Source of the DNA: Flavobacteriales bacterium
GTDB lineage: Bacteria > Bacteroidota > Bacteroidia > Flavobacteriales > TMED113
Length of the DNA stretch: 44,742 nt
Assembly (NCBI GenBank): GCA_002722215.1
Contig: PBKX01000016.1
Location: forward strand, 16,927-61,668
Reading direction: 5' to 3'
In this document: piece after piece, positions 1 to 10,270 of the stretch
How the letters are laid out: every line of letters begins with the position of its first letter
How positions within the stretch are numbered: position 1 is the stretch's first letter
Made by a program: the position numbers and the translations under genes
The notes under the pieces: model-generated
Database searches by the model: none
What the model was told of the DNA's origin: nothing
What the model saw: only the letters and a program-made list of their open reading frames with translations

Positions 1-3000
1 GATTCTGGGGAGAACAATTGCCCTAATTCTACACTAGCCGTTAAATTATATCTTCTAGAGTCTTCTAGATTTCTTTCAGAAATATTTTTTTCTAAACTAC
101 CAAAACCAACTGTGCTAATAGATCCAGCAAAAGCAATATTTGCAAAATCTGCTAATCGTAATCTAACTTGTGTTCTTGCGGCCCACCCCCCCTTTTCATT
201 AAAACCAGTTAATCTCAATTCATTAACCCAAATTTCGCCTGATTGCGACTCTCCATTTTGTGAATTTGTTTCTATAGGATTTCTAACTCCTAACATAATG
301 GTTTTTATATTCCCTAAATTTGGATTACCAACAATAGAAACTGCCCTGCCACTATTTTCCAAATAAGTATATACTGAATCAAATGGGAAATCAAGGTTAT
401 TTCTTTCTTGCTTCACTGACTGAAGTAAAGTTAATGGCAAGTCTATTCTATTTTCAATGGGCCAAATAGCTTCACGATTCTCTTTACTAACATACCAATC
501 TGTTGTTTTTAGCGGTATCGAGTATTCATAATAATTGTTAATATAATCACTTCCCACACGAAGAAAAAGATGTAGTGAGTCGTTTAATAAACCATATTCT
601 TCAATTGATTCAGCATGAGCATACATTTCAATTTTTTCATAATTCCTCATGTCCATGGTCACATTTTTAAATGCTGCCCTAGCATCTCCATCTTCTAAAT
701 CACGAATTTTTAAAACCATTGCTTGTTCATTTTGTTGCGTGAAGCTAGTTGCACCATACATGGTTTCACGTTCTATCCCTGGAGGTAAATTATATGGGAC
801 AGGTGATCTGTGAGCATTCTCTTCATAATTTACAACTGATATATCAAATTGAGTAACATTATTTACAAATGATTGCTCAGTGCCCGTTGACAAATCATTT
901 AAATATCTACGCCATTCTCCTCTAACTAATTCAAAACTTGCAAATCGACAAACAATAGGATCTTCAAATCCTGTCAAAAATGTTCGCAAAAACCTTATAG
1001 ACTTGAAATCTTCAATGGTGCCAACTTTTTCACTATAATTTTGTATTGGAATTTTAAACTGAATCCATCTTGTTCCAAAACTTGGACCTTGTGTACTATC
1101 AACATAAATATCATTAATATAATTTAAACCTTGCTGTATCTCAGATGGATTTAACTCTATTTTATATTGATAATAACCTTCCGCCTCACTTAAAGTTTGA
1201 TCATTGTTTATATCTTCAACATCTGGCAAATTAGTTGCTGAAGTGGGAAAATCTTCTGTAGATTGTGCAGATGTTGGAGAATTACCCTGAATACCGTTGT
1301 AATCTTTATATCTTTTCAAGATACTTGTTTCCTGGCTATCAAATTCCGTGCCCCTGAAATACTTAAAGTTATCGGCTGCCGGGTCTAATTGTGCCTTTAT
1401 GTATACAGAGTCATTCAAATTTGCAAAATTACTTTCTATTCTAGAGATATAATCATTGAAAATTAATTCCGAAGCATCATCCAATCCATCATAGCCTAAA
1501 TCCTGATTTTCCCTAGCACCTTCATCATTATCAAAAGCATTTACTAAAGATTGAATTGACGGGACTCTACCCCATATGGTAGTATCTATATTTGTGTCCG
1601 AACCATCTATCGGCAAGCCATTCTCAAAACTCTTACGTGAATCTTTTAAGATGTCTTCGGAAATATTACCTAAATTAATAAATAACTCTCCCCCAGCATG
1701 ATCACTATTATATAAAAAGGGGTCCATCATCCAAAATTCAATAAACTCAATATTGGCCGCTTCAAAATCATTTGTTTCAATTTTTCTAGTCATCCCCCCC
1801 CATCTACTTTTAGGCTCTTTTAAATATCCATTAGCATCTATACCAGCAGAATGATCTGAAGGCTCAACATCAAAATTATACGGCCCTCTCTCCTCTGGGT
1901 AAAAGGCAATATCTAAAGTTCTTAGTCTAGAGGGTTGTCCTGTTTGTTGATCTTTATTGGGAAAAACTTCATTAATAAAAACTTCTCTCACATAATGATT
2001 TGCTTGCTGATCTGGATCATTGACTATATGTTCTGGAGTAATAGTAGAATTCCTTTGAAATAATGGATCAATAACATACCATGCGATTTTTGCTCTATTA
2101 TATCCATATTGAAGGTCATTACTATAAGTTGCTTCAGGGAAATACCCATCACCTGAACCGATATTTCCTGTAGGGGTGGAAGAAAGTGACCAAGCAGACA
2201 CATTTCTTATATCAATACCTGATTGACTATTCTCAAAATCATCTATATAGGATGTGCCCGTTTCGTCAATATTGATTGATTTAGGATGGCCTGGTATGAA
2301 ATATGCAAATTCTGAATTAATCGCAATATTTGAAATTGCTTTTGTTTCTATTAATGGTAATTTATCAATGATCTTAGTCAAAAAGCGGGAATCTTTTGAA
2401 TAGGAACTATTTAATCCAACAATTGTATTCGATATTGGTTCATCTCCAATATTAATTTTCTGTGTTAGTGGTTTTTCGGTTAAATTTAATGCACTTGCAC
2501 CTATAATAAAATCTTTATTAAACTTATAGTCTACATGTGCACCCACAAATCGTTTCGACTGAAAATTAAAAAGTGAATTATTCTCTAATGTGATTCTTAT
2601 TGGCTCAGATGCACTTAATACTCCCTCATCTATAATCCGAACACGCCCCATTGTATAATCTACAGTATAATGTATATTTTCTTCCAATAATCTACCCCCA
2701 GAACTTACTTTAACAGACCCATCAGGTATGTTCATGGCATTCAATGAAATCTCAGAACCTACTGAAGATTTATATTGACCTCGCAATAAAAATTTATTCA
2801 ATTCTGCTATTTGTTGAGCAGCAGCTTGCGTAGAGTCATATAAGGCATCGAAACAATATAAGTTAGCAACTGAAAAAAATGGGTCTGAAGAATTTGGATT
2901 TTCACAATCCACATTTATACCACTAAACTTTTTTCTTAGCGCACAACCAAATGGCTTAGTAGTAGGAAAATAAATACGTCCATTTGAAGAATTAATCAGG

Positions 3001-4676
3001 ACACCATCAATAAAATCAAACACACCATCTGAACCAGGGTCATTATTAGAATTTAAATTATCAACACCAAAGATTTGAAGTAATGGTGTTTCTTTCAACC
3101 CAGAAGGTCCCTGTGTTAAAAAGTTTACAGGAGCTCCTAAAGAATCATTTTGATGCAGTATTTCTAATATAAAATCATCTCTATTTATTTGATATGCCCC
3201 TAGAGAATAAACATTTTTCATTAATAAATTCCAATTTGCCTGCGACACATCTGTCATGGTAGATTTTAATAATTTTAGAATTAATGTGCTTGGGGAGGTA
3301 ACATCAGTAGAAAACTCACCTACTTGATGAGTTTCTCCCATGTAGGTATATTGAAAAGCAACTGCAAGAATTTCATCCGATGCTAATGCCTGATTAAGTG
3401 AAATAAATCCTAATTGTGAGTTTACAGAGTACTCAGACGTAGATAATCTTCGTGCATTCTCAATTTTTTCATAATCTAACCCTTGATTAAACCCATCGTA
3501 TAGTGGATTATTAAAGGCTGATGTGATCTCAGATATATTACGTATTGAATCTGAAGTGTTATCCGCTACTTCAGCAACAAAATCAAATGGGTTCAAGGAA
3601 TTATTTAAATTATCTGGGACATATGGAAAAGGTGTATTATTATCTTCCAATAATCCATTAATTGGATTAATCGCACTGTGCTCACCTAGATCTTGTAGAG
3701 CCAAAATATTTCGAGTATTAACCGTAGTGGAGTTTTTATTAGTTACATATACTTCTATCTTGGTAATATTAATTCCTGAGCTAATAATAGGCAATAAATC
3801 TGGATTCATAGCTTGATCATAGGACTCATAAAAATATTGTGATAAAAAAAAGTGTTTATTTTCTTCATAGTCATCAATAGACAATTCAAATTCTGTCATT
3901 TGAGCGCCTCCTTGAATTTCAATTGAAGATGTTTCGCTTTTTTGTTCAGAAAATACAGTCGTAACAGTTGTTTTTCCAAACTGTAGCTTACTTTTTATTC
4001 CGAACAAACTTTGAGCGCCGGTAATTAATGATCCAGACAAGGGTAAGCTGACATTTCCTAATTCAATCTTTTTAACAATATCATCCTCATCTCCAGCATA
4101 TTCTAGTTTAATCTCGTTTTCAAATTCAAAAGTTGCTTCTGTATCATAGTTCGCTTGTAATTGTAATTTATTCCCAATTCGACCGATAACATTCATCTGG
4201 ATACGCTCATCAAAATTAAAAGAGGTTGTTTTCCTCTGTTCTTCCGGCAATGCCGGATTATCAATTTTATTAATAACACCTGAAAATATTAATTCTGCTG
4301 AACCCTGTGGTCTTATATCAACAATTGATCCACCAAAAATTCTGTTAGTAAGTTGATCTGAAAATCCGATCTTACCAGACTCTGCATTATCGCCAGCGAT
4401 TTGTATCCTATCTTTCCAATAATTATAAAAGTTTTTATTAAACAAATAATTTTCGTACTCCGAATGAGAAAAATAAGCAGGGACACTTAAAGGATATCCG
4501 CCGACATAATTAGTGATGAAAATAGTCTGTGTTTGATAATCATACTCTGTACTATCTACAATATTTGAAGGAGTGTTTAGCCAATTATCTGGATTAGCAT
4601 GCTGTCCTCGAACCATAAACAAACATGAAAATACTAAAACTAGTATGTATATTTTATTTTTTAAATAATAAATCAA
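1..4676 (-). CDS. sprA: T9SS outer-membrane translocon SprA (Sov), 3' end runs off the window; ~1558 codons present
   Basis: Translated by hand on the minus strand from TTG at 4676: signal-peptide-like MIYYLKNKIYILVLVFSCLFMVRGQ, then RIFGGSIVDIRPQGSAEL...NYDTEATFEFENEIKLEYAGDEDDIVKKIELGNVSLPL...GAQSLFGIK, and at the window edge GEIWVNELRLTGFNEKGGWAA...LADFA, all typical SprA motifs. The start and the window-edge segment are in the same frame; I did not check every internal codon. maeB-ruvA-sprA order is typical of flavobacteria. Start codon uncertain. Confidence 0.93.
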   Translation of the reverse strand, partial: MIYYLKNKIYILVLVFSCLFMVRGQHANPDNWLNTPSNIVDSTEYDYQTQTIFITNYVGGYPLSVPAYFSHSEYENYLFNKNFYNYWKDRIQIAGDNAESGKIGFSDQLTNRIFGGSIVDIRPQGSAELIFSGVINKIDNPALPEEQRKTTSFNFDERIQMNVIGRIGNKLQLQANYDTEATFEFENEIKLEYAGDEDDIVKKIELGNVSLPLSGSLITGAQSLFGIKSKLQFGKTTVTTVFSEQKSETSSIEIQGGAQMTEFELSIDDYEENKHFFLSQYFYESYDQAMNPDLLPIISSGINITKIEVYVTNKNSTTVNTRNILALQDLGEHSAINPINGLLEDNNTPFPYVPDNLNNSLNPFDFVAEVADNTSDSIRNISEITSAFNNPLYDGFNQGLDYEKIENARRLSTSEYSVNSQLGFISLNQALASDEILAVAFQYTYMGETHQVGEFSTDVTSPSTLILKLLKSTMTDVSQANWNLLMKNVYSLGAYQINRDDFILEILHQNDSLGAPVNFLTQGPSGLKETPLLQIFGVDNLNSNNDPGSDGVFDFIDGVLINSSNGRIYFPTTKPFGCALRKKFSGINVDCENPNSSDPFFSVANLYCFDALYDSTQAAAQQIAELNKFLLRGQYKSSVGSEISLNAMNIPDGSVKVSSGGRLLEENIHYTVDYTMGRVRIIDEGVLSASEPIRITLENNSLFNFQSKRFVGAHVDYKFNKDFIIGASALNLTEKPLTQKINIGDEPISNTIVGLNSSYSKDSRFLTKIIDKLPLIETKAISNIAINSEFAYFIPGHPKSINIDETGTSYIDDFENSQSGIDIRNVSAWSLSSTPTGNIGSGDGYFPEATYSNDLQYGYNRAKIAWYVIDPLFQRNSTITPEHIVNDPDQQANHYVREVFINEVFPNKDQQTGQPSRLRTLDIAFYPEERGPYNFDVEPSDHSAGIDANGYLKEPKSRWGGMTRKIETNDFEAANIEFIEFWMMDPFLYNSDHAGGELFINLGNISEDILKDSRKSFENGLPIDGSDTNIDTTIWGRVPSIQSLVNAFDNDEGARENQDLGYDGLDDASELIFNDYISRIESNFANLNDSVYIKAQLDPAADNFKYFRGTEFDSQETSILKRYKDYNGIQGNSPTSAQSTEDFPTSATNLPDVEDINNDQTLSEAEGYYQYKIELNPSEIQQGLNYINDIYVDSTQGPSFGTRWIQFKIPIQNYSEKVGTIEDFKSIRFLRTFLTGFEDPIVCRFASFELVRGEWRRYLNDLSTGTEQSFVNNVTQFDISVVNYEENAHRSPVPYNLPPGIERETMYGATSFTQQNEQAMVLKIRDLEDGDARAAFKNVTMDMRNYEKIEMYAHAESIEEYGLLNDSLHLFLRVGSDYINNYYEYSIPLKTTDWYVSKENREAIWPIENRIDLPLTLLQSVKQERNNLDFPFDSVYTYLENSGRAVSIVGNPNLGNIKTIMLGVRNPIETNSQNGESQSGEIWVNELRLTGFNEKGGWAARTQVRLRLADFANIAFAGSISTVGFGSLEKNISERNLEDSRRYNLTASVELGQLFSPE

Positions 4677-4680
4677 AACT

Positions 4681-5268
4681 CTATACCGTTTTTAAAGCTA
4701 CTTTAATTAATTCTTCAACGGACAAATTATCATTTTCATATATAATTTTATCTAAAATTGGATGCATTTTCTTAGTAGAAAAACCTAACTTTTCCAATGC
4801 ATATAGAGCTTCTTGTTTGACACTATTGTTTTTACCTTCGAAATCCATACTCACAGATGTGCCCAGGGCTATTTTGTCTTTTAGATCTATTATAATTCTT
4901 TGAGCTGACTTCAAGCCTATTCCTTTTACACTTTTTAATGCATTTACATCTTCATTAACAATGACTCTTTGCAGTTCATTTGGGCTTAAAGAGGACAAAA
5001 TCATTCGTGCAGTAGATGCCCCAACACCAGATACTGACAATAATAAACAGAAACAATCTCTCTCTATTTTATCAAAAAAAGCATACAAAGTATGTGAATC
5101 CTCTTTAACAGATAAATAAGTGAAAAATTTATTTATCTTTTGTTTTGTGTTTTCAAATTTCGAAAAAGTATATAAAGAAATATGTAAATAATATCCAACA
5201 CCATTGCACTCAATAACTGCGTGAGTAGGTGACAATTCAATCATATTTCCTTTCAAAAAAGTAATCAT
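4681..5268 (-). CDS. ruvA: Holliday junction branch migration protein RuvA
   Basis: MITFLKG...VIECNGVGY...VKEDSHTLYAF...LLSVSGVGASTA...VKGIGLKSAQRIIIDLKDK; C-terminal ALEKLGF. Confidence 0.97.
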   Translation of the reverse strand: MITFLKGNMIELSPTHAVIECNGVGYYLHISLYTFSKFENTKQKINKFFTYLSVKEDSHTLYAFFDKIERDCFCLLLSVSGVGASTARMILSSLSPNELQRVIVNEDVNALKSVKGIGLKSAQRIIIDLKDKIALGTSVSMDFEGKNNSVKQEALYALEKLGFSTKKMHPILDKIIYENDNLSVEELIKVALKTV

Positions 5269-5271
5269 AAG

Positions 5272-7533
5272 TTATTTTCTTTCATGTGCATCAACCGATG
5301 CAATAGTTGCCATATGTATAATTTCATTAACACTGCTTTCTAGTTGTAATATGTGTACTGATTTATTCATCCCCAATAACACTGGCCCCATGGTTTCAAC
5401 ATTTGACAGTTCTTGTAAAATTTTATATGATATATTTCCTGAAACTAAATTTGGAAAAATTAAAGTATTAACTTTTTTGTCTGCAAGTTTAGAAAATGGG
5501 AATAATCCTATTCGTTTATTTTTATTAAGCGCAAAATTTGCCTGCATTTCACCATCAATAAGTAATGATGGATAATCCTTTTGTAATTGTTTAACCACAT
5601 GATTAATCTTAATAGTATCTTTATCTTTAGAAGATCCGAAATTAGAATATGATAACATAGAAATAATAGGCTTAATGCCAAATCTTTTCACAGCCTGCAT
5701 TGTCAATGAAGTGATCTCTAACAAATCCTCCTTAGATGGATTTTTGTTAATCGTTGTGTCTGCAAAAAAGATTGGGCCCTTCTTTGTAACTACAATATAA
5801 AGACCTGCTAATAGATTAGATTGTTTTCCTATAATTTCCAAGGGGGGCCTTAATGCTTCGGGGTAACTTCTTGTGACCCCAGATAAAAACACATCTGCCT
5901 CATTGTTTAATAGCATCATAGATCCAAAATATGCTCTATCTCTCATTCTTCTTCTAGCCTGATTTTTAGTTACGCCATTTCGTTCATGCATTTTCCAATA
6001 AATATCTGCATATTCATGTCTTTTATCTCTAAGCTCCGTGTTTTTAACATCTATAATTTCAATCCCTGAAAGATCCATCCCGTTCTCATCAGCAAGCTTA
6101 TCAATAAAAGAGCGATTACCTAACAATACTGGCTCACAAATTTGGTCTAAACTAAGTATCTCAGCTGCCTTTAAAACATTATAATTATCTGCCTCAATAA
6201 ATAAAACACGCTTTTTATTTTCTTTTGCTATTCTATTAAAGCCCCTAATCAATTGATTATCTAAACCAAGTCTATCTATTAAAAACTCTTCATATTTTTC
6301 CCAATTTGTTATTTCTTTTTTTGCTACGCCAGATTTGATAGCGGCTTTTGCTACCGCAATTGAAACGCGAGTAATTAATCTTGGGTCATTTGGTTTAGGG
6401 ATAATATAATCTCTCCCAAAAGATAAATTTTTACCATGATACGCTAAATTGACATCCTCTGGAACAGCTTCTTTAGCAAGAGCTGCAATCGCACGAACTG
6501 CGGCAACCTTCATGGATTCATTGATAATACTTGCACGAACATCCAATGCTCCCCTAAATATATATGGAAAACCCAAAACATTATTCACTTGATTAGGAAA
6601 ATCTGATCTACCAGTTGCTATAATTATATCACTCCTGCTATTTTTAGCATCCAAATATGGAATTTCTGGATCTGGATTCGCCATAGCAAATACAATGGGA
6701 TTTTTATTCATTGTTTTTAACATCTTTGGAGTAACTGTATTTCCAACAGATAAGCCTATAAAAACATCTGCTTTCTTCATTGCATCGGATAACGTAGATA
6801 GTCTTCTATTAGTTGCAAACTTTTTTTTCTCCTTTGATAAATCAGCGGCACCTTTTCTCACTACTCCTTTACTATCACAAAGGATAATATTTTTTCTTTT
6901 AACTCCTAGACGGATATATAATTTTAAACAAGAAATAGCGGCTGCTCCAGCACCATTCACAACCATCTTAATTTTATCAATTTTTTTACCAACCAAATCA
7001 AGAGCATTTAATAATGCAGCAGATGAAATAATTGCAGTGCCATGTTGATCATCATGCATCACGGGAATGCTTAATTCTTCAATTAATCTCTTTTCTATCT
7101 CAAAACATTCTGGAGCCTTGATATCTTCTAAATTAATACCCCCAAAAGTAGGTGCCATTGCTTTTACAGTTTCAACAAATGAGTCGACATTCTTCACATC
7201 TAATTCAATATCAAAAACATCTATGTCAGCATAAATTTTAAATAACAGCCCCTTGCCCTCCATTACAGGCTTAGCTGCCTCTGGCCCAATATTACCTAAT
7301 CCAAGAACCGCGGAACCGTTTGTAACAACAGCTACCAAATTACTTTTAGCAGTATACTTATAAACATCTGTTTTTCGTTTTGCTATACTTTTACAGGGCT
7401 CTGCCACACCTGGAGAATAAGCCAAGGCTAAATCTCTCTGAGAACGATATCGTTTAGTAGGAACAACCTCTATTTTGCCTGGTCTTTTTTTTGAATGAAA
7501 ATCTAAGGCTTCTCTTCTATTTATATCACTCAT
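5272..7533 (-). CDS. maeB: NADP-dependent malic enzyme with C-terminal phosphotransacetylase-like domain (MaeB)
   Basis: [71 protein letters not shown]; PTA-like tail with DGEMQAN; 753 aa. Confidence 0.96.
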   Translation of the reverse strand: MSDINRREALDFHSKKRPGKIEVVPTKRYRSQRDLALAYSPGVAEPCKSIAKRKTDVYKYTAKSNLVAVVTNGSAVLGLGNIGPEAAKPVMEGKGLLFKIYADIDVFDIELDVKNVDSFVETVKAMAPTFGGINLEDIKAPECFEIEKRLIEELSIPVMHDDQHGTAIISSAALLNALDLVGKKIDKIKMVVNGAGAAAISCLKLYIRLGVKRKNIILCDSKGVVRKGAADLSKEKKKFATNRRLSTLSDAMKKADVFIGLSVGNTVTPKMLKTMNKNPIVFAMANPDPEIPYLDAKNSRSDIIIATGRSDFPNQVNNVLGFPYIFRGALDVRASIINESMKVAAVRAIAALAKEAVPEDVNLAYHGKNLSFGRDYIIPKPNDPRLITRVSIAVAKAAIKSGVAKKEITNWEKYEEFLIDRLGLDNQLIRGFNRIAKENKKRVLFIEADNYNVLKAAEILSLDQICEPVLLGNRSFIDKLADENGMDLSGIEIIDVKNTELRDKRHEYADIYWKMHERNGVTKNQARRRMRDRAYFGSMMLLNNEADVFLSGVTRSYPEALRPPLEIIGKQSNLLAGLYIVVTKKGPIFFADTTINKNPSKEDLLEITSLTMQAVKRFGIKPIISMLSYSNFGSSKDKDTIKINHVVKQLQKDYPSLLIDGEMQANFALNKNKRIGLFPFSKLADKKVNTLIFPNLVSGNISYKILQELSNVETMGPVLLGMNKSVHILQLESSVNEIIHMATIASVDAHERK

Positions 7534-7564
7534 AATATGCTTTTAAAGTATTAAAAACAATGAC

Positions 7565-8161
7565 TTAATTAACTTCGTAATCAATCACTACCTCTGTCGA
7601 TTCAGATGGATTATCTTGTATATAAAAACGATATGTAACTGAATATATACCGGGAACATCTGAAGTTAAATATCCTTTAAAATAATCATCTTCTTCAAAA
7701 GGCCCTAGATTTAGAGGGTTTGGAGATGTTATCGTTTCAGAGGTAAAACAAATACCATTGAAACAGAAATATGCAGATGCATTATTGTCATTAAAAATCT
7801 TTCGCACTACTAGATTGTTCATGTTCTCACAAGATGCATTTCTAACATGTATATGTGATACGAGCAAACTATCAACCTCTCCGACAACATATTCTTCAAC
7901 ATGTGTAATCTCTATCGGATTTGGTAGTGCATCCGCTTCATATAAACATGAACCATCATCACAGATAGATGAAGCATTATAATTACAAGCTAATACATCC
8001 ATGCATCCATCAGGTAAATTACAAGAGTCATCATCATCGGTTGCATTAGGGTTATAATTACATGCTAAAGAGTCTGTGCAACCAGAAATCATATCCGGGG
8101 GACAGCCAATAAATAATAACAAACCACTAAGCAGTGAAATTTTTAAATAAAGTGTTTTCAT
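7565..8161 (-). CDS. Cys-rich lipoprotein: two GCxD..ACNYN..DD.SC repeats plus a C-terminal beta-rich domain with CFNGIC
   Basis: Likely start is the ATG at 8161 (MKTLYLKISLLSGLLLFIG-C, lipobox). The ORF-track start at 8191 overlaps a TAnnTTTG promoter element. Confidence 0.8.
   Translation of the reverse strand: MKTLYLKISLLSGLLLFIGCPPDMISGCTDSLACNYNPNATDDDDSCNLPDGCMDVLACNYNASSICDDGSCLYEADALPNPIEITHVEEYVVGEVDSLLVSHIHVRNASCENMNNLVVRKIFNDNNASAYFCFNGICFTSETITSPNPLNLGPFEEDDYFKGYLTSDVPGIYSVTYRFYIQDNPSESTEVVIDYEVN
7946..8083 (-). repeat. Two tandem Cys/Asp-rich protein repeats (GCTDSLACNYNPNATDDDDSC / GCMDVLACNYNASSICDDGSC)
   Basis: Visible in the translation; the two repeats start 25 aa apart. 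Confidence 0.85.
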
Positions 8162-8188
8162 AAAAATCAAATTTAAATTGATCTTATA

Positions 8189-8196
8189 CAAATTTA
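8189..8196 (-). promoter_or_regulatory. Bacteroidota sigma-A -7 element TAAATTTG for the lipoprotein gene (possibly continuing into maeB-ruvA-sprA)
   Basis: Matches TAnnTTTG, 27 bp upstream of the ATG at 8161. Confidence 0.55.
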
Positions 8197-8294
8197 ATCA
8201 TAATTAGACCATTTAGTATTAAATTAACATAATATCTGTTATAATTTTATTATATTAGTAAACTGATTATTAACGTACTTTTAAACAAAAAATT

Positions 8295-9716
8295 ATGAAA
8301 AAACTATTACTATTTGCTATATGTTCAATTTTTTATTGCTCATATGCTCAATTACCTCCTAATAGCTTTGGTGAAGACTTTACATTAACTGATATTAATG
8401 GAAATGAATTTAATCTACACTCTACTCTAGATGAAGGGAAAACAGTTATATTAGATTTATTTGCTACTTGGTGTGGTCCATGTTGGAGTTATGCAGAGAC
8501 GGGCGTCTTAGAAGAGCTCCAAGAAGCATATCCAGATGATGTAGTTTGTGTTGCTGTAGAAGCAGATCCAAGTACCCTGGAATCAACACTGACAAATAGT
8601 GACCTAGGTGACTGGACGAGTGTTATTAATTATTTACTAATGGATGATCCAAGTGGCGATGTTGCGGACGACTACGCATTAGCATACTATCCAACAATAT
8701 ATAAAATTTGTCCAGATAGAATGGTAACAGAAGTCGGCCAATTAACTAGCGTGAGTGCTTTTATGGGCGAAATTGGCTCATGTACTAGCGCGCAATATAG
8801 TAAAGACGCAAAAATACTATCTTATAATGGAGATCCTACTTATTGTGGCGGCAGCTTAGAATCAGCATCTGTTACAATTCAAAACTATAGTATAGGAGCA
8901 ACATTAAGTGCATGTGATATATTAACAAAGATTAATGGATCTACAGTAGATACTTATCCTTGGTCAGGGTCGTTAAGCACTTATCAGACAGCTACAGTTG
9001 ATCTAGGATCAATTTCTAATATTCCAGATGGCGCAAATATAAGTTTTGAAATAGACTATAGCGGAGATATGGACGAAAGTAATAATACGTTAAACACATC
9101 AATTGAAGGGTCTGTGTCAAGCTCTAATTATGTTTCTTTGTATATAATGACAGATAATTGGGGATATGAAACATCTTGGGAACTATTGAATGAATGGGGC
9201 GTGATTGCATCTGGATCCGGTTATGGAAATTATGAGATCATTGAAGAAAGCTGGGAGTTAGATGCTGGATGTTATACATTCCATGTATATGATGAATATG
9301 GTGATGGTGTGGAAGCTTCAATGTGGGGAGCATATGATGATGGTGTAGTGACACTTACCGATAATGGTGGAAATAGCACCCTTTTAGATGTAGTTCAATT
9401 TGAATCTCAGGCGACAGTAGCATTTGAAATAACAGAATCATTAGGAATTGAAGATGCTGAAGAAATTGAAGTGAACGTGTTTCCGAATCCGTTTAAAGAA
9501 TATACAAATCTTGCTATATACTCTCCGAATTCTGAGGAAATATCTGTAGAAATATATAATAACCTTGGGAAGGTAGTATATAACAATGAGGTCATGTTAA
9601 TTCCAGGCTCAAATAATATTAAAATAGAATCTAATAAATTATTCCCTGGATTATATTATATGAATGTAATGATTGATGGTAAAAACATCTTAAAGCCATT
9701 AACCATACTAAAATAG
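8295..9716 (+). CDS. T9SS-secreted thioredoxin-fold (redoxin) protein with type A C-terminal sorting domain
   Basis: Signal peptide ending YA-Q; DFTLTDING...DLFATWCGPC; cis-Pro-like YYPT; TDNWGYETSW...GCYTF.VYDEYGDG domain; CTD VFPNPF...PGLYYMNV...KPLTILK. Confidence 0.88.
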   Translation: MKKLLLFAICSIFYCSYAQLPPNSFGEDFTLTDINGNEFNLHSTLDEGKTVILDLFATWCGPCWSYAETGVLEELQEAYPDDVVCVAVEADPSTLESTLTNSDLGDWTSVINYLLMDDPSGDVADDYALAYYPTIYKICPDRMVTEVGQLTSVSAFMGEIGSCTSAQYSKDAKILSYNGDPTYCGGSLESASVTIQNYSIGATLSACDILTKINGSTVDTYPWSGSLSTYQTATVDLGSISNIPDGANISFEIDYSGDMDESNNTLNTSIEGSVSSSNYVSLYIMTDNWGYETSWELLNEWGVIASGSGYGNYEIIEESWELDAGCYTFHVYDEYGDGVEASMWGAYDDGVVTLTDNGGNSTLLDVVQFESQATVAFEITESLGIEDAEEIEVNVFPNPFKEYTNLAIYSPNSEEISVEIYNNLGKVVYNNEVMLIPGSNNIKIESNKLFPGLYYMNVMIDGKNILKPLTILK

Positions 9717-9732
9717 TATATTATGTTATGCT

Positions 9733-9767
9733 AAAAAAAAAGCCACTTCGAATGTGGCTTTTTTTTT
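9733..9767. terminator. Bidirectional intrinsic terminator
   Basis: A9-GCCAC-ttcgaat-GTGGC-T9, 16 bp after the stop codon at 9716. Confidence 0.85.
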
Positions 9768-9774
9768 AACTTTG
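9767..9774 (+). promoter_or_regulatory. -7 element TAACTTTG for the tlpA-DUF6029-omp28-barrel operon
   Basis: TAnnTTTG directly after the terminator, 15 bp before the ATG at 9790. Confidence 0.6.
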
Positions 9775-9789
9775 AATTTTAAAATAAAA

Positions 9790-10266
9790 ATGAAAAGATA
9801 TTATTATTTACTGTTCCTGATGAGTGCTATTTGTTTATCTCAAATACCATCAGTGGATATTAAAACGCTAGAAAATACTATTATTAACACTTCTGAATTT
9901 GAAAATAATGGTAACCCAATAGTAATTAGCTTTTGGGCAACATGGTGCAAACCATGTAAACAAGAATTAGAAAATATTCATGAAGTATATAGCGATTGGC
10001 AAGAAGAAACAAATGTAAAATTAATTGCAATCAGTATTGATGATGCAAGAAACACCTCCAAAATAAAACCTTTAGTAAATGCTAAAGGATGGGAATATGA
10101 AATATACCAAGACAGCAATCGCGAATTTGCAACTAAAATGGGCGTTAATATGATTCCACATACTTTCCTATTAAATAAGGAAAAAGAAATTGTTTGGGAC
10201 CACGTTACATATACTGATGGAGATGAAGAAGATCTCTATGAAAAAATTCTTGAATTAATTGACTAG
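9790..10266 (+). CDS. TlpA-family thiol:disulfide oxidoreductase, exported
   Basis: ISFWATWCKPCKQEL, ISID, IPHTFL; signal peptide MKRYYYLLFLMSAICLS-Q. The ORF-track start at 9754 lies inside the terminator, so ATG 9790 is preferred. Confidence 0.92.
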   Translation: MKRYYYLLFLMSAICLSQIPSVDIKTLENTIINTSEFENNGNPIVISFWATWCKPCKQELENIHEVYSDWQEETNVKLIAISIDDARNTSKIKPLVNAKGWEYEIYQDSNREFATKMGVNMIPHTFLLNKEKEIVWDHVTYTDGDEEDLYEKILELID

Positions 10267-10270
10267 TCGA

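Noticed and set aside
8166-8241. Short inverted repeats (ATCAA-N7-TTGAT; TAACA-N7-TGTTA) in the divergent intergenic region
   Set aside because: 5-bp arms in very AT-rich DNA; not distinguishable from background without comparative data.
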